Below are positions 54,537 through 64,000 of a DNA stretch of 64,000 nucleotides, piece after piece (position 1 is the first letter of the stretch; each line of letters opens with the position of its first letter). The notes under the pieces were generated by a model, which did not search any database, was not told the DNA's origin, and saw only the letters and a program-made list of their open reading frames with translations. The stretch lies in the NCBI RefSeq assembly GCF_009914755.1, contig NC_060947.1; one strand, written 5' to 3'. This DNA is from the human T2T-CHM13v2.0 reference genome, Homo sapiens. A program made the translations under genes and the position numbers.

Positions 54537-56239
54537 TTATTTTCCTTCCACTGACTACCCTTTTTCCCACTGACTACCTCATCTTCTTGTGGTGGTGTGT
54601 ATATCATATTTCTTATATCCCACACATTTAAAATCACATTCTTGTTTTTATTTATATTTTTAGCTCATTCTACCTAAAAAATAATAATAACTCCTACTAT
54701 AACTGATCCCAATGAAACCTTGAATGGTAATTGTCCTCTAAACAGAAAGAAATAATACTTTCTAAGAAACTTAGATACTCAGTTTTCTGACCCACAGAAG
54801 ACATGATCTGGGATGCCTTCGGCCTAACATAGTTCACTGGAGAGAAAGTTTGGGGTTCTAAAGAGAACTTGGCTCCTTTGATATCCTTTGTTGGGCAGAT
54901 CTTGTTATCACTGCTATTACCATGGCAGAACCACCTAAGAAATGAGATAGAAGAGCTCTGGACACAGATCTCCTCAAGCAGGAAGCAGAACATGGGGCCC
55001 TGGATGTCCCTCATCTTTCTAACTACATTCTCAATTTGATAGCCTTGCTATGTGCACCAGTTCGAGATGAAGTGATACAGAAACTAGAGACCATAACAGA
55101 TCCGGTGCAGTTACTGAGGTGAGAGTTTAGATGTGCTGTCCCCCAAATCTGCCTTAGACACTGTGCCGGAGAACTCTGAGCCAGCCGCTGTGGATATAGC
55201 CCCTGTCTTATCTAGCTCTTGTGTACTGACGACCTGACTAACACACCTTTTCTCCTTTCTGGATTATTGGCTTTATTTTCCAAGGACAGCCTCTCAGGGT
55301 TCCTTTGATGATCTGTAGATCAGTTGGGTCTCCTTTATGTCATGATACTGTTAAGACATTAAGGTACAGTAATTCTTTCTCCTATAGATTGCAAATTGCC
55401 TTTTCCCAGATGTTGTCCTGTTTGTCCCAACTCAAACCTTGTGAGGGGACAGAAAAGAGGATTATCCGTGTTTCACAGCTGGAAGAACCAGGACCCGGAA
55501 AAGTAAAATGATCTGCTCAATGAGTTAGAAATTCAGTCACCCACATCCCAGCTACCCACATATAATTGCTAGCACCTTGGTGATTTTCCTTTCACTGACT
55601 ACCCTTTTTTCAAGGTGACAGAATGATTACAGGCGAAAGAGCTCTAATTTGGTAGTTAAAGTGTCAGGAGGTATAACTATCCTTAGTTTTGCCATCAACT
55701 CACTCTATGGCCTTGGGTCACTGGCTACAGTACCATTATTAATAAGTTGATGTAGGACTGTGCTGGGGTCTGACCTGCAGATCCAGGCGGCATGATGGAT
55801 CAATAACATACTCAGACACCAATATTCAGTGAAAGAGTGGCTAGGGTCCAAGGCCACTCACAGAAAGAGATGTAGCAACTGCACACACTGAATAGCTGGC
55901 CCGTGGGCATTTATTCAGCACGGATTTAATGACAAAAAGCTTTGAATCAACACACCTGTGGGTAATTAATCTGGTCACCCTCCCCTGGAGAGAGCAGTCC
56001 TACGAATGATCAAAGGCCAGTCTTAGGACCACATGAGTAAACAAGCTCTTTAGATAAACTCCCTTACACTCCTTTGTACCTACTCTAAGCTATTAACTCA
56101 AGGTAAGAGAATTAGGCTGCCTTCAGCCAAATTTTTAACTGAAGCTACGCAAACCTTCCGGCCTTCCAAGAAGGTTTGTGTCTATTTCCTATAACTTTAT
56201 CTTTATAATTTTTTCTACCACCCAGACTGAACCCCTAAA

Positions 56240-56822
56240 TCTCCCCCTTTTCTGTTTTTTTGCATCAGGCTTTGTTGATTGAAGAGTGCAGATATGTGCA
56301 GCAACAGGTCTGTCAGGTGTGGTGGTCACTGCTCTTATTCCAGCTTTGCATCCTATAATTAGCAAATGACATATGACAAACATGTGTATAATGAACAACA
56401 TTCTTTTCCAATCAAGGAGTGGTGCCCAAGAGCGGGGGTCTATCCGGGAGAGATGATCTTGCACACGCTTCCATATGGCTGTTTGTTGGATGTGTAGGGT
56501 AAATCTATCCCTCCCAGCCAAGAAGTTAAGTTATTAAAGGCTGAGAAGGGGGTGTCTGTCAGGTGACAGGGTGAAAGAAAGGCGGATCTAAGATATAAGC
56601 CCAATAGAGCATAGCAGATACAGGTTGCAGACAAAGTGAGAGCATGAAAAGGATCAATACCCTACGCGAGTTGCAATGTACAACAGAGAGCATGGCAAGG
56701 AACAAATTATCTGGAGTAAATGGTGTCTGTATCCAGAGTAGGATTTGTTCAGCCTCTTGAGTTGTCTTCTTTAGCATCCCCCAGGTAATGTCCGGGGCTT
56801 GTGTCATCCAAGGAAGCCACAT
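56240..56822 (-). pseudogene. HML-5 env remnant (signal peptide/SU start fused to TM end)
   Basis: ITWGMLKKTTQEAEQIL...LYWAYILDPPFFHPVT is the HERV-K env N-terminus; it is followed directly by a TM anchor/cytoplasmic-tail-like segment ending at the PPT; only about 580 nt. Confidence 0.75.
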
Positions 56823-56829
56823 CGTCCAG

Positions 56830-59430
56830 GGCTGTGGGTCCTATAGGGTCATTTTCTTCATTTTTGATACCAGGTTGGGCCCTAGCCATGCCACGGTATG
56901 GTTTGATGCATCATGCTGGAATCCAAAGAGGACCTGAGGGGGTGTGAACACAAGCATATCCTCTTCCTCACGTTAACAATTCATTTGGACCACACCATAC
57001 ATTACTGTTTACACCTTTCCATAAAACTGCGGGTTTTATGTCTTGAGAGGTTTTAGCAAAGTGCTTTTCTATAGCCAATTGAAATTTGTCATCTAAATTT
57101 TAAAAATTAAGGGTAAATAAGACTTGTGTTAGTAGTGTTGCAGGGTCCTTACTCATTCTCCCCCTTTTTTGTTTTTAGAGAATATTTCTAAGAGTGGAGT
57201 AGGCGTGCTCTACTATGCCCTGTTCTTAGGGGTTATACAGGATGCCTGTGGAATGTTGGATATTCCACGTGTGACAAAATTGTTGAAATTGTGAGCTGGC
57301 ATAAGCTGGACCATTATTAGTTTTAATTTTTGTGGGCCGCCCCATAAACACAAAAGTTAAAAGATGTTTATTGACATATCGGTTGGACTCTCCAGGAAAG
57401 GCCTATGCACTAATTAAGTGGGAATTGGTATTAATGGACACATGAACATATTTGAGTTTTTCAAATTTAGGGATGTGTGTAACATTTGTTTGCCATAAAT
57501 ATTAGGTTTTAGTCCTTTAGGGTTAACACCTATTGAAGGAGGGGACGATGTGCCTGTGAGCTGGCAATTTGGGCATTGCAGGGTAATTTGTTTAGTCTTT
57601 GGGTAAGTTGAAATTGTTTAGATAAGTTTCTCCAGTTTTGGTGAAAAAAATGATGCAATTCAGTGGCTTGGTTAAGTAGTGATGTTATAACCTAAAGGTT
57701 TGCTTGATTATTGCCATAAGCCAGTGGGCCAGGCAGTGAGCTGTGGGCTTGAATGTAATAAAAATAGGATGTGTACATTGATTTAGCAATTGCTGAAGTT
57801 GGAGAAAAAGAGCACACAGGGTGGGCTCCACAGTGGACTTAATTAGGGCTGTTCTAAGGTTCTGCAGTAAACAAACAGAGTAGGCAGAGTTACTGACAAT
57901 ATTGATGGGCTGAGAGGAAAATGTCTCCAGAGCCAATATTAAGGCTCCAACCTCAGCTTTTGGAGTGCTAGTAAACCCAGATCGAGTGAGGGAATTATGT
58001 GGTCTTTACCAAACGGCCGCTTTTCCATGTTTACCAGAGTCATCAGTAAACAGTGTTAAAGCATTAGGTATGAGGGAGTGAACTATTTTTGTAAGTAAAA
58101 CCACAGAAGTGCGAGATAAGAACTGAAGAAGTTTATCAGCAGGAAGGACATGCTTTAAATGGCCGGTGTAATTAGGGAGATGTATTTGCAGGTTTATAGA
58201 TAATGGCAATACTGCTTTGAATTGCTTTTTACTTAAAGGATTCCTCATGATATCAGGATCATAACCTAGCAACTGATTGCATCATCTGTGGCCTGAATAT
58301 ATGACTTTACTGATTAACTCGATATAGGGAGAGAGTGTTTTAGTCCCAGTATGTGAGTAAAAACCCATTTTAGAAAGCGCAGTCCTGGGGTTATCTGTTC
58401 TATTAACCCTATAGGGGAGTGTTTAGTGGGAAAGATAAACAATTGAATGGAATATTGGGTGTCTACGCAATCTAGTTGCCTTTGGGAACTAGCTTGTTCT
58501 ATTTTTTTAATTTTTTTTTTTTTTTTTTTTTTTGCTGCAGGGGTTAAATACCTGGAAGTATCCAGGACTGTGTTGCCCTTTAAGATAGAAAACAGGTTTT
58601 AAAACTTATTAGTAGGAATGCCTAAGGTGGGGCGAAGCCAGTTAATATCACCTAGTAATTTTTGATAATTATTTAAGGTGTGTAAGTTGCTAGTATTTAA
58701 TTTAACATTTTGATGTCTTACTGACTGGGAAGTTAGTACGTATCCAATATTATTTCCAAGGAGAAGACATCTGTACTTTTTCAGGTGCTATGATTAAACC
58801 TCTTAAATGTGTATTCTTTACGACAGAGGTATATAAACTTAAAAACATTGGCTCTGTTGGGGCTGCTAGTAAAATATTATCTATAAACTGAATAACCTTG
58901 CAATTAGGAATTTTTTTTTTTTTACTGGGGAGCAAAACTTGATTCACATGATACTGACACATGGTAGGACTGTTTAGCATCCCTTGAGGAAGCACTTTCC
59001 AATGAAATCGGCAAGGTGGCCTTTTATTATTGATAGCTGGCATTGTAAATGCAAATTTTTCTCTGTCTTGTTTTGCAAGAGGAATCATATAAAAACAGTC
59101 TTTTAAGTCAATAATAATTATAGGCCAATCTCGAGGAATCGCTGCGGGGGAGGGAAGGCCCTGTTGAAGGGGCCCCATAGGTTGCAAATTAGCATTAATA
59201 GCATGTAAGTTATGCAAAAGTCTCCATTTACCAGACTTTTTGGGAATGAAGAAAATAGGCAAATTCCAAGGGCTGTTTGATGGTTTTATATGGCCAACTT
59301 TTAATTACTCCTCACTAATTCATGGTCTTTTTGTAATTTATCTTTCTTCAGAAGCCACTGTTCTATCCAAATTGAATCTTGATAGAGCCACATCAGGGGT
59401 AGGGGAGGGAAAATAACAGTGGCCATTATT
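56830..59430 (-). pseudogene. HML-5 pol (RT, RNase H, IN), disrupted
   Basis: [32 protein letters not shown] changed to FIDN; LFTDDSG RNase H; several frameshifts at poly-A/T runs. Confidence 0.85.
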
Positions 59431-60130
59431 AGAAAGGGGTCTGCAAAGTGACCCCCATTGGGCTAATAGGTCCCATCCCCAAAGATTAACAGGGATGGGC
59501 ATGATTAGAGGTTGTATAACTGTCTTTCTATCCTTTGAATCACAACAGATTAGGGGGAGCATGCTCTGCTTGGCTGTGTGTGCTTTCCTGATGCCGCCAA
59601 ATTTTTGTTTCTGAGTGACCCAAGGCCAAGTTTCTGGCCAGTTTTGATCACTCATGATTGAAATGTCCACTCCTGTTTCCAATAAGCCAGTAAAACTCTT
59701 ATTTTTAATTTTTAGGGTAATCACGGGTCTCTGATTAGTGATTAATTGATTCCAATATACTCCTGTGGCTCCTGTGTTTCCAAAACTCCCTTTCCCCTTT
59801 CCTTTCCATGGGCATGGGGGACTCAGTATGGTAAAAGCAGTAGCTGAGCTATCTTTGATCCACGGGGAAGAATATGCAGACATTTACATTCCATCATAAC
59901 TAATATCTCACCTTGATAATCACCATCAATTACCCCAGTGAGCACATTAATTCCTTTACTGGATAGGCTAGACTGCCCTAGGACTAACCCCACTGTTTCC
60001 AGAGGCAGCAGGCCCCAGATCCTGGTTGCAACCCTTTTAGGGTATTCTCCTTCTTTTAGCACTAATTCGTTGGGGCAGAGTAAGTCCAGTCCTGTGCTCC
60101 CAGTGGTGGCTGCTCTGAGAGGGAGGACTG
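59420..60130 (-). pseudogene. HML-5 pro (dUTPase plus protease), disrupted
   Basis: GVIDGDYQGEI dUTPase motif; protease GLLETGVDISI (catalytic D of DTG changed to E) and VNLWGWDLL. Confidence 0.85.
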
Positions 60131-61608
60131 TGGGCTTTCCATCTGACCGAGGAAAGCCACTGTCATTGCCCCAGTTTGAAGCAGGGCCTGGGGCCGGCCC
60201 CTCATGAAATTTTCCACCTGGTTACTTATGGGGTTGCTGATTTTATCAAATTTAGACCTGCATTGATTTGCCAAATATTTCCCTGTTTTACATCGGGGGC
60301 ATATAGAAGGGGGTTCTTTTCCTGAGTTACCTTGGTCTCTATTATTGGGGCATTCCCTCTTCATATGAACTGGCTCTCTGCATAGAAAACAATTTGGGTT
60401 TCTCTTCCTTTTCACTTTAGGAGGCCTTAATACCATAGCCAATATTTTGGCTTTGTGTGTTTCAGTCCCCACCAGCTGACATGCTTTTGTAAGTTCCCCA
60501 ACTGTGGCTGCCTTTCCTCTGATTGCCTGCATTGCTTGCTGGCAATCCACATTAGCGTTTTCAAAAGCCAGTGGCAACAATAAGATATCAGCAGCCTGGG
60601 TGTGACAAATTTGTTTCTTAATTGCCTGGGTTAACCAATTGATAAACTCAACAAATGGCTCCTGAGGCCCTTGCCGAACATTTATAAAAGATCTCTGTTG
60701 AACTCCGCTTTCAGGAACTAGATCCCAAGCCCTGAGAGCCCACAAGGCACTTGAGCATAGGCCTAGGGATCAAAATCTGGTTGTTGTTGTACATCAGCAT
60801 GGGGAACCCCTCCCCTGGAGCATAGCAGCTGTTATGTCTTTCCCGGCCACCTGATTCTGGTTGGCTTGTTGTTCGCACAACTCATCGTATTCTGCCTTCC
60901 AGAGGAGGTATTGGCTAGGCTCCAAAGTTGTTTTAGCTAGCACTGACCAGTCCCATGGGGTCATACAGAAGTTGTCTACCAAGACTTCAATCATTCCTTT
61001 TGTAAATGGGCTAGTGGCTCCATTTTCTTTAATGCATTTTCTTAGCTCTTTTTAAGCATCAAAAGAAATGGGTTCATGTACCTGATTGCCTTGTCAATCT
61101 TGCAATACCAGACAGGATAAGAGCTCCACTTCTAATGCCGCTTGCCTAAGATAGGGTCCCATAGCTGTAGCATATCCCTTGTCTTTTTCCAATTTATTGG
61201 AGGAGGGGGCTTAGACAAAACCTCTGTTTCCTCTTTGTTATTTTTGCCTGGAAACGGTGGAGCTGAGGGAGATGGAGGCAGTAAGGTAGGTGATGGTTCT
61301 TCCTCCCTCCCCTTTTTAGGCTCTTCTGTGTATAATGGGACAAGGGCTGCCCTAACAAAAACCCATAACTTTAGAGATGATACTGGGATTGGTTGCCCTC
61401 ATGCATGATGTTGTTTAATATTTCTCCCCACTTGTTCCCAGAGCTCTACGTCTAGCATACATTTTCCCAGGAACCATGGGTTATGGAATACAACAGTTTT
61501 CATTAGGTCCCTTAATTGAGCCTATGAAACTGAGGCTCCACTAGCTTTAAGCAGCTGTTTCAATACTTTTATATATTGTTTCTGTTGAGCTGATAACTGT
61601 TGTCCCAT
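60062..61608 (-). pseudogene. HML-5 gag, disrupted
   Basis: ATG GGA CAA CAG at 61608 (myristoylation Gly), early stop after ..ASGASVS; MHR-like VRQGPQEPFVEFI; zinc knuckles CFLCREPVHMKREC and degenerate CPRCKTGKYLANQC. Confidence 0.85.
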
Positions 61609-64000
61609 CATGAAACCCCAGCCTGAACAATCCCCCTGAAACTTGGAAATCCTGAGCAGGCGCCAATGACTTACTGACTCCCTGACTGCACAGTCCTTTT
61701 CACCTTCATTTTTGAGGGTTCTGTTGTGATCCTTTGTAGCATTCCTCACACAGGGCACCATCTGCTGGGGTCTGACCCACAGATCCAGTCTGCATGATGG
61801 ATGAATAACATACTCAGACACCGATATTCAGTGAAAGAGTGGCTAGGGTCCCGGGTCACTCACAGAAAGAGATGCAACAGCTTCCCACACTGAATAGCTG
61901 GCCCGTGGGCACTTATTCAGCACAGATTTAATGACAAAGGCTTTGAGTCAACACACCTGTGGGTAATAAATCTGGTCTCCCTCCCCCGGAAAGAGCAGTC
62001 CTACGAATGATCAAAGGCCAGTCTTAGGACCACATGAGCAAACCAGCTCTTTAGATAAACTCCCTTATATTCCTTTGTACCTATCCTAAGCTATTAACTT
62101 AAGGTAAGAGAATTAGGCTACCTTCAGCCAAATCTTTTACTGAAGATATGCAAACCTCCCGGCCTTCCAAGAAGGTTTGTGTCTATTTCCTATAACTTTA
62201 TCTTTATAATTTTTCCCACCAAAAGATCCGAACCCCTACAGGACTGTTTCTTTCTAAGGCTTCTTCCAACTCTGAAATACTCTGCTTTTATGGCTCCTTG
62301 CTTGGATTCCACCCTTCCAGACTAGATTTCCTTTAACAGTGTAAATGTTCTGTTTCTCCCTATGGCAGGGGCATCTTCCATGTTCTGGGCCTAATGAAAA
62401 TGGACATGGTGAACTATACCATTCAGAGCTTTCAACCCTACCTGCAGGAGCATTCCATCCAGTATGAACAAGATAAATTCCAGGAACTCCGTGATAAACA
62501 GCCCAGTATGTTTAAAATTCAAGGACAGGAGAGGGGAGATTTGACCTCCGGTTTTATAGCAATAGAGCTATTTTCTATATTCTGAATAGAAAGTTTCTTC
62601 CTTGGGCAAGGGTTAGGGAGAAGGAGTGTTTCTCTAAGACAGAAAGATCTACAAAATCACTTATTTATAGATGAAAACTATGTCTCAAAGACTTCGTCCT
62701 TAAGCCTTGGAATTTTAAGATGCATTCCCTTCTCATCATAGGTCTCCTCAATTATACCACAAAATGGCTAACCAAGGCAGCCACAGACATCACTACACTG
62801 TGTCTGAGTTCTCCTGACTCACCTAGCTCCTCCTGCAGCATGGCATGTTCACTTCCAAACTGGGGAGGTAACAACTCAGAGCCCACCAGTCCAACAATGG
62901 TGCTATACCAAGGCTACCTGAACCTCCTCCTCTGGGATCCTGAAAATGAAGAATTATCTGAGGTAGGGATGTGTGCTGGGGCATTCCTTGTTCTATTGTA
63001 TTAGTGCCTCTATTCAAGCCCTCCTCTTCTGATGGGCTGTCCTTCGCTCCCTCACCAGACTCTGCTGATGGACAGAATCTGGCTCCAGGAACTGGCATTC
63101 CAGTTGCACCAGTTAACTGTCCTGGCCTCAGTCTTGCTAGTGGCCAGAAGCTTCTCTGGTGAAGTTTTATTCAGATCACCTGAATTTGTGGATATACTGA
63201 AATGCACCACCAAGGCCCTAACTGAGGAATTTATCTCCAGGTAAGATTCATAGATCTCTGTTACAAAGGAAAATGTGTGGTATTTGGGACATAGGCAGGT
63301 AATATCAATACTACTATTGCTTATACTTCATCACAAATGACACAAAGGCCCTTGGGAACCATCTCCAAAGATTTTGGTATCTTCGATAAGTTGTATTGAG
63401 GTTTGGGATACAGAAAATAAAATTTATTTTTCCAAAGAGGAGAGTGTGGAAGCCAGTTTGCTAAAAATATTCCTTATGTGTTTGCTAAAAATGAGTCATT
63501 ATATACTTGATTGAATGACAGTGGATTTCTGCTATGTATATCCAGAAGTTGATCAGTTGGTCAGTGATATTGACCATTCACTGCATGTAGGGGCAGGGAT
63601 ATTATATCAAAGTACAAGGAGGAGTAGGAAGTCCAAGCCTCTTAATATATTTGCAATTTAATTGGTGGGGTAGGAGAAAAACCATGAAAAATATCCAATA
63701 GAGTCTTAAAACAATATTTAAATACAGTTGATGGGACTGGAAAATGCTGAGTAGATCCAAGGATGGAACTGAACCCTTGCCCAATTTACTTTGTTTTTGT
63801 TGAAGTGGCATATGGTACTGTATGTTGGGATCAGGTGGTACCTTGCGGGTAACAATGAGTGTATTTCACTGGCCCAGTGGCTAATGCTGTCTTCTGGTGG
63901 CAGAGAGATGGAATTCTTCCTGGAATAGGCCTGGCTTGTAGTATGAGGCTCTCTGGGCTTTGCCCCTCTGCCAGGCCCACTCTGCATTCTCTCCTTCATT

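Larger units (their letters stand above)
55761..62240 (-). mobile_element. HERV-K(HML-5) (HERVK22/LTR22) provirus, defective, env largely deleted
   Basis: LTRs 61763-62240 (5') and 55761-56239 (3'); TSD GGACTG at 55755-55760 and 62241-62246; PBS 61743-61760; PPT about 56240-56262; betaretroviral gag (MGQQLS.., PSAP, CCHC), dUTPase/protease, RT ([10 protein letters not shown]), RNase H, IN and env remnants. Confidence 0.9.

Noticed and set aside
60062-60745. 227-aa Gag CA/NC ORF as a domesticated gene
   Set aside because: Starts at a non-ATG codon after upstream frameshifts and stops; second zinc knuckle is mutated; length is compatible with neutral decay.
61743-61760. tRNA gene (sequence ending in CCA)
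   Set aside because: Only the 18-nt retroviral primer-binding site; no cloverleaf.

Overview
Primate (almost certainly human) genomic DNA, recognisable as the Xq22.1 BEX/TCEAL cluster. Three intact genes each have a single coding exon preceded by non-coding 5' exons: TCEAL2 (+, CDS 7417-8100, 227 aa), TCEAL6 (-, CDS 21313-21915, 200 aa, full-length allele) and BEX5 (-, CDS 34515-34850, 111 aa). Five exons of an unprocessed TCP11-like pseudogene (probably TCP11X3P, +, 53674-63240) are present, with a 1-bp frameshift and an intronic, env-deleted HERV-K(HML-5)/LTR22 provirus (55761-62240, -; 6-bp TSD, tRNA-Met PBS). The rest is dense interspersed repeat (L1, Alu, MaLR, ERVL, MER4-group LTR, DNA transposons). 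The most notable structure is that TCEAL2 and TCEAL6 form an ancient inverted duplicon of about 4.3 kb. Its promoter and 5'UTR portions are near-identical (perfect runs of 263 and 221 bp) while the CDS and 3' flanks are strongly diverged, which points to localised gene conversion. I see no evidence of a wholly new biological system. Repeat subfamily names and gene identities come from recall of consensus sequences, not from a database search.
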